Positions 39,570 to 47,311 of a stretch of DNA of 64,000 nt are shown in pieces. Source of the DNA: a virus. The stretch lies in IMG/VR virus record IMGVR_UViG_3300025840_000013, one strand, 5' to 3'. Position numbers and translations under genes: made by a program. The notes beneath the pieces are model-generated. The model searched no databases, had not been told where the DNA came from, and worked only from the letters and a program-made list of their open reading frames with translations. Positions within the stretch are counted from its first letter, which is position 1; each line of letters starts with the position of its first letter.

Positions 39570-39773
39570 ATGCAAGTATCACCAGTATCGCCAGTAAGAA
39601 TTGTGAGTGAGTATGTTAGACAACTGAATGTCGGTGATAAAATTCATAACATTGTAGTAACACATAAAGATTTTGGAGGCTCTGTTAGAGTTGAAGAAGT
39701 TTATAGAACATACGATAAAACTGGAAAGATAAGAACAGTCGAACCAGTTAGTAAAGTTGATGTTGAAGTTTAG
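39570..39773 (+). CDS. Small hypothetical protein between tRNAs
   Basis: GGAG RBS; stop codon abuts tRNA-Gly. Confidence 0.55.
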   Translation: MQVSPVSPVRIVSEYVRQLNVGDKIHNIVVTHKDFGGSVRVEEVYRTYDKTGKIRTVEPVSKVDVEV

Positions 39774-39847
39774 GCGGATGTCGTATAATGGTATTACCTT
39801 AGCCTTCCAAGCTAATGACAGGGGTTCGATTCCCCTCATCCGCTCCA
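39774..39847 (+). tRNA. tRNA-Gly(UCC)
   Basis: GCGGATG/CATCCGC acceptor stem, CT-TCC-AA loop, CCA. Confidence 0.95.
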
Positions 39848-39855
39848 AAAATAAA

Positions 39856-40026
39856 AATCCAAGGTGACGGCCTGTGGATTGTGGTGACTGAATAATCCCT
39901 TGCAAATGGGGATAAGGTAATGTCGAAGGAACTTAGCGGTTCGTCTTAGCGGATGCAGACAGGTATGAGTCAAGTTAGACAGGAAGTTTGCCAGTGACTC
40001 GTTGCAGGATCCTAACCCTGCCCACA
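39856..40026 (+). ncRNA. Putative multi-stem structured RNA (unassigned)
   Basis: several nested helices, tandem CTTAGCGG hairpins, no credible ORF. Confidence 0.45.
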
Positions 40027-40029
40027 CTA

Positions 40030-40127
40030 ATAAATTTCTAAGTACACATGAGAGTAGATGCACCTACTTTCCTGTGCATAGGACAAGGGTTTGAAAGACT
40101 GCAAGTCATGTGTATTTAAAAATTTAT
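40030..40127 (+). ncRNA. Putative structured RNA with complementary hairpin loops (unassigned)
   Basis: ~20 bp closing helix; loops ATGCAC and GTGCAT; GAAA tetraloop. Confidence 0.5.
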
Positions 40128-40204
40128 CGGGGTATAGCGCAGTCTGGTAGCGCATCTGCTTTGGGAGCAGAGGGTCGTTGGTTCGAATCCAGCTACCCCG
40201 ACCA
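40128..40204 (+). tRNA. tRNA-Pro(UGG)
   Basis: cloverleaf, TT-TGG-GA loop, CCA. Confidence 0.95.
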
Positions 40205-40216
40205 ATTTAGGAATAT

Positions 40217-40292
40217 TCCCAGATAGCTCAGTTGGTAGAGCAAATGACTGTTAATCATTGGGTCGGGGGTTCGAGCCCCTCTCTGGGAGCCA
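40217..40292 (+). tRNA. tRNA-Asn(GUU)
   Basis: cloverleaf, CT-GTT-AA loop, CCA. Confidence 0.95.
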
Positions 40293-40312
40293 AATAAAGA
40301 GTAGGATACTAG

Positions 40313-40855
40313 TTGAGTAATTTTAGATTTATTGAAAAGAACCTAGATGTAAGTAAGATACTACAACAAGTTCTTGATAATCCAAAAGATTGGAATTATG
40401 TTAATAACTTAAAGACAGATGGAAAAGATGTCGGCGGTGATGTAGACCCATATGGATTCTTGCCTCTAGTTATGGCAGTTGTAAAGCCAGGAGAAAGTCC
40501 AAAGAATACAGAAAAAACTCAGAAGACTGAGCTTTATGATAAATATGATGAAGTTTCGAAGTGGTTAAGAAGTCAAGGAATAACACAATTATCAAGAGCT
40601 GCATTTTTTAAGTTGGGTGTTGATGAGTGGGTTGGTAAACATATAGATGAAGGATCTTACTATTTAACTAGAGATAGGTATCATCTTTCTCTACAAGGTA
40701 GTTATGATTATGAAGTTGATGGAGAATGGCATACTATTGAGCCGGGCACTTTCTTCTGGTTTGATAATAAAAAATACCATCAGGCGCATAATGTAGGTGA
40801 TGTTGAAAGAATAACTTTTGTATTTGATGTTCCAAAGTCAGAAAACAATCCATAG
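40313..40855 (+). CDS. Aspartyl/asparaginyl beta-hydroxylase-like 2OG oxygenase
   Basis: KHIDEG...RYHLSL...FWFDNKKYHQA.N...RITFVFD. Confidence 0.8.
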   Translation: MSNFRFIEKNLDVSKILQQVLDNPKDWNYVNNLKTDGKDVGGDVDPYGFLPLVMAVVKPGESPKNTEKTQKTELYDKYDEVSKWLRSQGITQLSRAAFFKLGVDEWVGKHIDEGSYYLTRDRYHLSLQGSYDYEVDGEWHTIEPGTFFWFDNKKYHQAHNVGDVERITFVFDVPKSENNP

Positions 40856-40867
40856 TAAGGATACGAG

Positions 40868-41149
40868 ATGTATAAACCTCTACCAGAAGAAGTAACAATA
40901 AAAAAATCAGGTATACACGGACTTGGCCTTTGGTGCATAAAACCGATCAAAGAAGGAACTGAGATCGGAATGTCGCATTTTTATTGGGGAGAAAATTTGC
41001 AAAGAACTCCATTAGGTGCTTTTTATAATCACTCTGACGAACCTAATATAGTAAAGATTAAAAAAGATAGTAGATTCTTTATTGTTGCCATTAGAGATAT
41101 TTGGCCAGGCGAAGAGATTACATGTCAGTATACTTTTTATCAGATGTAA
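40868..41149 (+). CDS. Minimal SET-domain protein
   Basis: SGIHGLGLW, FYNHSDEPN, RDIWPGEEITCQY. Confidence 0.85.
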   Translation: MYKPLPEEVTIKKSGIHGLGLWCIKPIKEGTEIGMSHFYWGENLQRTPLGAFYNHSDEPNIVKIKKDSRFFIVAIRDIWPGEEITCQYTFYQM

Positions 41150-41347
41150 AGGATGTATATATATTATGAGAATGGAAACTGCGAAGAAAAATTTTGATAT
41201 TGATGTTGCAGGGAATATACTTTTAAATAGTAGTCAGTCTCCCAAGGATTTGCAAATTCAAAGTGGAGATACATATGCTGCAATGATTGTTGATGGAAAG
41301 CCCATTCTAATTAAGTTGGAGTTAACTTTAAAAGAATAGGAATAGTT

Positions 41348-41545
41348 ATGTCACTTGGATTTAGAGACAAATACCAAAACATAATTAAGAATTTAGTTCA
41401 GAATGCCGACCAGTGCAGTCAACAGTGGGTTCTTACTGGAGAACCAGAATGGCATGCTGCATATATGATGTATGTTGGAAAGGTTTGTGAATTAAAGGAC
41501 TGGATTAAAGAAAGAGAAAGTGAAATAGAGAATACGCCGCTGTAG
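41348..41545 (+). CDS. Small hypothetical protein whose stop lies inside tRNA-Thr
   Basis: AGGA RBS, ORF. Confidence 0.55.
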   Translation: MSLGFRDKYQNIIKNLVQNADQCSQQWVLTGEPEWHAAYMMYVGKVCELKDWIKERESEIENTPL

Positions 41546-41611
41546 CTCAGCTGGTAGAGCAACTGATTTGTAATCAGTAGGTCGGGAGTTCGAATCTCTC
41601 TAGCGGCACCA
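41536..41611 (+). tRNA. tRNA-Thr(UGU)
   Basis: cloverleaf, TT-TGT-AA loop, CCA. Confidence 0.95.
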
Positions 41612-41623
41612 TATAGGTGTTGG

Positions 41624-41893
41624 ATGGAAAACAAAGAAAGAAAAATAATTCTTCTAACAGATATAATAGAACAAAAGGTTCGAAAAGAAAAAGAGCTTGA
41701 ATATTATCAACGAGAGTTGGAAAAATTAAATAATAAAATGTTTTTCATTCGCAAAGAAATCGACTTAACAAATCTTATAATAGATTTAATAGGGCGAGAA
41801 AAAATCATGGATATGCGTGAAGTTATTGATGACAAGAGTGTAGAAAAATTGATTGGTAATGATAGTGGCGAAGAAGACGGAAGCGAAACCTAA
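41624..41893 (+). CDS. Coiled-coil hypothetical protein
   Basis: ORF track. Confidence 0.6.
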   Translation: MENKERKIILLTDIIEQKVRKEKELEYYQRELEKLNNKMFFIRKEIDLTNLIIDLIGREKIMDMREVIDDKSVEKLIGNDSGEEDGSET

Positions 41894-42524
41894 ACGGAAA
41901 AGAAGAACAAAGGCAGAAATGGAAGCCGCCCGAGAGGCCGAGTCTCAATCCTCAAAACCAAAACAAAAGAGGAAGCGCAGACCCAAAGCAGAGATAGAGG
42001 CCGCTCGGGCAGCATCATTACCACCAGAACCCAAGTGGTATGAGATTGGGTATAAGGGCCCAAAACCGCCCCCACCAAAACCAAAAAAGAAACCTCGTTC
42101 ATATTCCCCACCCCCACCAAGACAAAAGTTCGATACTAGTTTAATCGACAAACAAATAAAATTCCCTGGCGGCGCCAAGTACGCAATTACTAAGGAAACA
42201 AAACATGGTAGACATGTATTGTCTTGGGGAATGGGTGATTGGAGTATATTATATAATGCAAGATATAATAATACTGAAAAACATTGGCAATTTTATCTTG
42301 ACTTATACAAAAGAACGTGCGATAATGGTAAAAATGAAAAAACAAAAAAGGTGAAAAATAATGGTACAGCAAATGCAACAACAAAGTCCAGTGTCAAATC
42401 TGGACGCACCAACACTAAAGGCAATCCTACAAGAAAAAGCACAACGAGTGGTGTTCGAAAAGGCAGACGGAACTCTAAGAGTAATGCATTGCACGACAAA
42501 CCCGAAGATCGTGCCGTGGCCTGA
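41853..42524 (+). CDS. Very basic, Pro-rich putative nucleic-acid-binding protein
   Basis: duplicated KPK(x)RKRRxKAExEAAR motif; start uncertain (GTG 41865 possible). Confidence 0.55.
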   Translation: MVMIVAKKTEAKPKRKRRTKAEMEAAREAESQSSKPKQKRKRRPKAEIEAARAASLPPEPKWYEIGYKGPKPPPPKPKKKPRSYSPPPPRQKFDTSLIDKQIKFPGGAKYAITKETKHGRHVLSWGMGDWSILYNARYNNTEKHWQFYLDLYKRTCDNGKNEKTKKVKNNGTANATTKSSVKSGRTNTKGNPTRKSTTSGVRKGRRNSKSNALHDKPEDRAVA

Positions 42525-42657
42525 TAATCCAGTAGAAGCAGAAGGCTCAGTTCAAAAAGAAAAAGATCCAAACCTTATTGTTGTTTGGGATTTAGAAAAA
42601 GATGGATGGAGATCATTTCGATTTGAAAGACTCAGAGAATATGGAGATTTAGAATAA
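42361..42657 (+). CDS. WYL_2/Sm-like SH3 beta-barrel protein
   Basis: VFEKADGTLRVMHCT...VWDLEKDGWRSFRFE. Confidence 0.75.
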   Translation: MVQQMQQQSPVSNLDAPTLKAILQEKAQRVVFEKADGTLRVMHCTTNPKIVPWPDNPVEAEGSVQKEKDPNLIVVWDLEKDGWRSFRFERLREYGDLE

Positions 42658-42929
42658 TGGGTGGTAAGTCAAAGGGAAAAAATTACACCTCTAAGGGCGA
42701 ACGGCGAAGTGTATCACGGCAGAATAGAACCAAAAACCCAAAGGGTACTCTTGTACACGCAATTCGTCAAAGAGAGGCATGGCAACAAGGTAAGAATGTA
42801 GTTCTTACAATTCCAAATCCAAATACTTCAGAAACCAATAAACCTTTCATAAAGGTTAAGGCGAGTGAGGTATGGGGAGATTTTAGAAATCAAAGAAAAT
42901 TTATGATGAAAGGAGCACCGGCTGTATGA
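42657..42929 (+). CDS. Basic phage hypothetical protein
   Basis: YTSKGERRSV...NPNTSETNKPFIKV. Confidence 0.6.
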   Translation: MGGKSKGKNYTSKGERRSVSRQNRTKNPKGTLVHAIRQREAWQQGKNVVLTIPNPNTSETNKPFIKVKASEVWGDFRNQRKFMMKGAPAV

Positions 42930-43513
42930 TAGAAGGATTTAAGCCACCTTGTGTGGTATTCAGAACTAGGGTCAGAGATGAATCAATCGAAGGCCCAAAC
43001 CCATATCGTTGGGAAGATGTAACAAGTGATGATCTGTTCAAAGGTAAGAGGGTAGTTTTATTCAGTTTGCCTGGCGCATTTACACCTACTTGTTCTACAT
43101 ATCAATTGCCTGGCTTTGAAAGTAATTATTCAAAGATTAAAGAATATGGTATTGACGAAGTATACTGCATTTCGGTTAACGATGCATTTGTTATGAATGC
43201 ATGGGCCAAGGCACAAGATATTCAAAATGTAAAAGTTATTCCAGATGGTTCTGGAAACTTTACTCGATTTATGGGAATGTTAATTGGCAAAAACCATTTA
43301 GGGTTTGGTATGCGTAGTTGGAGATATATGTGTGTTATTAATGACGGTGTTATTGAACATTGGTGGCAAGAGCCAGGCATTAATAACGATGGAAGTGATG
43401 ATGATCCATATGTACAAACAACTCCAGAAAATATGTTGAGTTATCTAGATCAAAAAAATATGTGGAATGAAGTTAAAAAACGAACCAGTATCGGCGATTA
43501 CACGGTTGTATAA
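42926..43513 (+). CDS. Peroxiredoxin (Prx5/Redoxin type)
   Basis: FSLPGAFTPTCS, SVNDAFVMNAW, GFGMRSWRY. Confidence 0.92.
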   Translation: MIEGFKPPCVVFRTRVRDESIEGPNPYRWEDVTSDDLFKGKRVVLFSLPGAFTPTCSTYQLPGFESNYSKIKEYGIDEVYCISVNDAFVMNAWAKAQDIQNVKVIPDGSGNFTRFMGMLIGKNHLGFGMRSWRYMCVINDGVIEHWWQEPGINNDGSDDDPYVQTTPENMLSYLDQKNMWNEVKKRTSIGDYTVV

Positions 43514-44310
43514 TGTATGATATAAGACCCCTTCACAAGAATAATGCTTCTGTATTTGTTGCAGAACGCCATTATTCTGCAGTTATGCCTCGACTAACTA
43601 AACATTATCTAGGATTTCACTTAGATGATAAGTTAGTTGGGGTTTTAACTTTAGGATGGGGAACCAATCCGATGGGAACAATTAAAAAAATGTTTCCAGA
43701 TTTGACAACTTCTGATTACTTTGAAATTGGAAAGATGTGCATGGATGATTCTATGCCTAGAAACTCCGAATCCCAAATGTTGTCCCAAACAGTAAAGTGG
43801 ATGCGTGAAAATACAAATGCAAAATATCTGTACACTTGGGCAGATGGAATAGTTGGAAAGCCAGGATATGTTTACCAGTCTGCAAACTTTCTTTATGGTG
43901 GTTTTATATGGTCTGATGTATATGTCTCTGAAACAGGCGAGAAGGTACATTTTAGGACTATACAGAGGAAGATGAAGAAAGAGATGGGTAGACATGATAC
44001 GAAGTATGGCCCTCGACCAAATGACGCCAAAATGGGTGATATGGGGTTTTCAAGAGTTTGGGGTAAACAGTTCAGATATATCTATCCATTGACTAAGACA
44101 GATAGAAAATATATGAATAGAAATTCTACATGTTGTTGGACAAATCAATATCCAAAGGATGAAGATTTGCAATGGAAAATTAAAAGGCCCGGCGAAACAG
44201 AATACGAATGGTGTGATGATATGCCGTTCATTCATAGTAATGATATAAAACATAATAAGAGTAATATTGCAAGATATAAGGCAGATATTACGATTGATAG
44301 TTTTTTTTAA
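43513..44310 (+). CDS. Mom-like DNA adenine modification enzyme (GNAT fold)
   Basis: HYS, EIGKMC...PRNSES, TWAD...G.VYQSANF.YGG pattern of the Mom family. Confidence 0.7.
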   Translation: MYDIRPLHKNNASVFVAERHYSAVMPRLTKHYLGFHLDDKLVGVLTLGWGTNPMGTIKKMFPDLTTSDYFEIGKMCMDDSMPRNSESQMLSQTVKWMRENTNAKYLYTWADGIVGKPGYVYQSANFLYGGFIWSDVYVSETGEKVHFRTIQRKMKKEMGRHDTKYGPRPNDAKMGDMGFSRVWGKQFRYIYPLTKTDRKYMNRNSTCCWTNQYPKDEDLQWKIKRPGETEYEWCDDMPFIHSNDIKHNKSNIARYKADITIDSFF

Positions 44311-44460
44311 TAACCTATATAATTGTGGAGTATATAATGAAAAAGAGAAATATAAATCAATTAAGGATTAGATTGCGTGGCGCAAGGTCAAGGACTAGAC
44401 AATATTGGCAACGACAGGCGTATATAAACAGACAGAGAAGAAATTCTCAGGAGATTAATA

Positions 44461-45009
44461 ATGATAGATTACAGTACAAATTACACGCTTAGTAGTGTAC
44501 ATACCGATGCTGGCAATGATGAGGTTATTACTCATTCATTCGATGCGACAAATGCAACACTTGGTGAAGTGTTGGAGAAAATCGAAATCTTTTTGATTGC
44601 AGTAGGATTTGATTGGATTAAGAAAGGTGAAATTCAGCATGTGAAAGGTGTGACTGATGAAGACTATGACTCTACTGTAGGAGCAGAATTGTTTGATGAA
44701 TATTCTGTAAGTGCAGAAGAAATGTATAATAGACTTAACGGTTTAGATAATACTGCAAAAATTGTTGAATTTCCTAAGAAAGAAAAAGAAGAAAATATAA
44801 CATTGACTACTGGTTCTAATGATTATGTTTTTTCTGGGGAGTATGATATGGGTTCTATCACATTTGATGGAATGGATATTACTGATGGTATGAATATTAC
44901 CTTAGATACTTCCGATATTTCTTTTACTCAAGATTATAACGTATCTTTAACTCCAGATGACGTTACATTTAAATTTACTAACTTCGAAAACGAAAAAGAA
45001 AAGGATTAA
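44461..45009 (+). CDS. Acidic hypothetical protein
   Basis: AGGAG RBS. Confidence 0.6.
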   Translation: MIDYSTNYTLSSVHTDAGNDEVITHSFDATNATLGEVLEKIEIFLIAVGFDWIKKGEIQHVKGVTDEDYDSTVGAELFDEYSVSAEEMYNRLNGLDNTAKIVEFPKKEKEENITLTTGSNDYVFSGEYDMGSITFDGMDITDGMNITLDTSDISFTQDYNVSLTPDDVTFKFTNFENEKEKD

Positions 45010-45011
45010 AA

Positions 45012-45467
45012 ATGGCTTTTAAATTATCGAATAGATCACTTTCTAAATTAGAAGGTGTTCATGATGACATGGTTAGAGTTGTCAGCCGTGCCATCGAATT
45101 GACTGAGGTCGATTTTGGAGTGATTCAAGGTTTAAGAACGCTCGAAGAACAAGAGGCTTTAGTTGCAAAGGGCGCAAGTCAAACAATGAAGAGTAAACAT
45201 CTTGATGGACTTGCAGTAGACTTAATGGCCTATGTTGGAGGCCGTGGCGTCTGGGAACTCAATGTGTATGATGAGGTTGCTGATGCAATGAAGGCAGCTG
45301 CAATAGAAGAGGGTGTGGCAATCCGCTGGGGTGCAGCCTGGCACATTGATGACATTAGGGAGTGGGATGGTTCCATGGAAGATGCCATGAACGCCTATGT
45401 TGATTTAAGACGCTCTCAAGGAAGACGCCCATTTATTGACGCACCACACTTTGAGCTGATGGTATGA
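45012..45467 (+). CDS. Endolysin, peptidase M15 (L-Ala-D-Glu peptidase type)
   Basis: LSNRSLSKLEGVH, GLRT...Q, SKHLDGLAVDL, IRWG, DAPHFEL. Confidence 0.9.
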   Translation: MAFKLSNRSLSKLEGVHDDMVRVVSRAIELTEVDFGVIQGLRTLEEQEALVAKGASQTMKSKHLDGLAVDLMAYVGGRGVWELNVYDEVADAMKAAAIEEGVAIRWGAAWHIDDIREWDGSMEDAMNAYVDLRRSQGRRPFIDAPHFELMV

Positions 45468-45640
45468 AAATAAGTTGGGGTTACTTTATAAGTATCCCCA
45501 TGTCTTCTTACTTTATCCTTCTATTCCTCTTGGGTTTATTTGGAAAAAGTTTAATGATATTTACACCAGAAAAAAATATAGTAATGTATGAGTTTTTTGG
45601 TGTTGTATTAATACATTATATTTTTTATATTATTTTTTGC

Positions 45641-45671
45641 TTGACAAAAAGAAAAGAATAGTGTATAAATA
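45641..45671 (+). promoter_or_regulatory. Composite promoter: TTGACA-N17-TATAAA overlapping late TATAAATA
   Basis: TTGACA 45641-46; TATAAATA 45664-71. Confidence 0.75.
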
Positions 45672-45673
45672 CA

Positions 45674-45981
45674 GTTGTAATTGTTGATACGATTCAACAT
45701 ACATACTGGACTTGGGGGCAGTACCCAACGCCTCCACCATAAGCACATCCGTAAGGCGCAGTAAGGTTCCCAACGGATTACCGTAGAAGACTACGCAGGG
45801 TGTGTTTATGATGGGGGCGAACTAGGATCGACAGGTGTGTAGAGATGAGAGTAGATTACCGTGTTGACCTACGATATTCGGTCGAACAAAACTAAACGCA
45901 AACGATAACTTTGCACCTGAGTTTGCTCTAGCAGCATGATCAGCGGGGTATGGGTTCCACCTTGTTACCAAACGGGCCCGC
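45674..45981 (+). ncRNA. ssrA: Circularly permuted (two-piece) tmRNA, alphaproteobacterial type; tag ANDNFAPEFALAA
   Basis: acceptor piece ends GGGGCAGTACCC..CGCCTCCACCA (45739); coding piece starts GGGGGCG (45813) giving G3.U70; tag ORF 45898-45939; outer ends approximate. Confidence 0.9.
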
Positions 45982-46005
45982 AGTCATAGTAAAAGGATTT
46001 AATAA

Positions 46006-46353
46006 ATGACAAAGTTTTTATTCGGGGCCGCTTCGGCGGTTTTTTTATGCACATCTGCAATGGCAGAAGGAATTAGAGGCCATGTAGATGGCGAAGTTGA
46101 ATATAGTTTGGAAAATGAAAAATTTACATCTGAATTAGGATACACAATGGCACTTCCACAAGGATTGGTGCTACGCCCATGGGCAGATTTTTCATATGAT
46201 CGTAACTTAGCATCTGATACAATTAATTTTGACGGTGTTAATTTAGGAGTTTCATATGCAGTATCTCCTGCACTTTCTCTTTACAGTGATATTAGTGCAG
46301 ATCATGATTTTGAATATGAAGATACATCAGTTGGATTTCGCTTTACATTCTGA
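46006..46353 (+). CDS. Small outer-membrane beta-strand protein
   Basis: signal peptide, alternating beta strands, C-terminal VGFRFTF. Confidence 0.65.
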   Translation: MTKFLFGAASAVFLCTSAMAEGIRGHVDGEVEYSLENEKFTSELGYTMALPQGLVLRPWADFSYDRNLASDTINFDGVNLGVSYAVSPALSLYSDISADHDFEYEDTSVGFRFTF

Positions 46354-46429
46354 TTTTCATACTATATAATAAAGGTGGCAACTTCCTATAAAGTTGCTAA
46401 TTACACACATCACACAGAAAAGGAGAAAT

Positions 46430-46681
46430 ATGATGAGTAATAAAAATCCATTTGAAATTAGACTAGAAGTTTTAAAAATGGCAAAAGATATGTCTGAACA
46501 AAGTTACCATATGGCAATGGATACATATTGGCAAACTTTGAATGCGACTGCAGAGACATGGAATAAAAGTGTTGAGGAATTGGTTCAACATACACAACAC
46601 TTGAAACCAGAAATGCCTGCCCCTCAAGACATCATGAAAAAGGCTCAAGAGTTGTATACTTTTATTTCAACTAAAGAGTAA
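46430..46681 (+). CDS. Phage hypothetical protein (NPFEIRLEVLKMAKD)
   Basis: AAGGAG RBS; promoter TTTACA(46342)-N17-TATAAT. Confidence 0.65.
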   Translation: MMSNKNPFEIRLEVLKMAKDMSEQSYHMAMDTYWQTLNATAETWNKSVEELVQHTQHLKPEMPAPQDIMKKAQELYTFISTKE

Positions 46682-46686
46682 AATTG

Positions 46687-46713
46687 ATAGGGGGTGCAAC
46701 GCCCCCTATTTTT
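46687..46713 (+). terminator. Rho-independent terminator
   Basis: ATAGGGGGT-GCAA-CGCCCCCTAT followed by Ts. Confidence 0.8.
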
Positions 46714-47001
46714 AAAAATGCGTGAAACGCAATATTGTAGAGATGGTTAGAGATATATAATGATAGAGGTAATTTATAGTGAAAGAACAGATTTATTCAG
46801 TTCACTTACAGGATGAAATGCCTCGAATTGGTTCTGGAAGAAGGACTGTTGTGGTTAAAGTAGGACGAAAATGGGTTTATGTCAGAAATAACACAAATGA
46901 TCCTTTATTGATTAGAAAATGTAAAATTAAACTTAACCAATGGAATACTATTGTGAAAAATAAATTCACGCAAAAACACATTATGGAGAAGTAATAATAT
47001 T

Positions 47002-47271
47002 ATGCCGAGATATGATTTTAAATGTACAGATTGTGATCATGAATTTGAAGTTTGGTGTCGTATTGCTGAAAGAGAAGAACATTTAAATGGCTCTTGTCCA
47101 AGCTGTCAAATCACAGGAAAAATCCAACAATTTCTTACTGGTGCTCCAAATATTGGAGATCCTGTTCGCATGGGCAGACAAAAAGTTCCACAATCATTTA
47201 AGGAGAATGTTTTAGATAGAGTGGCCAAAGTGCCTGGTGCAGTAAAAACAGAGTCTAAATTTAATATGTAA
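47002..47271 (+). CDS. FmdB-family zinc-ribbon protein
   Basis: MPRYDFKCTDCDHEFE...CPSC. Confidence 0.8.
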   Translation: MPRYDFKCTDCDHEFEVWCRIAEREEHLNGSCPSCQITGKIQQFLTGAPNIGDPVRMGRQKVPQSFKENVLDRVAKVPGAVKTESKFNM

Positions 47272-47311
47272 TTTTTCACCGTGGATTCCAACTTTCAAAG
47301 GAGTCTCATTA

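Noticed and set aside
39579-40063. Minus-strand ORFs over the tRNA cluster
   Set aside because: Antisense to tRNA-Gly and the structured spacers; no RBS or protein motifs
40041-40112. Hammerhead ribozyme
   Set aside because: No CUGANGA core correctly placed relative to GAAA
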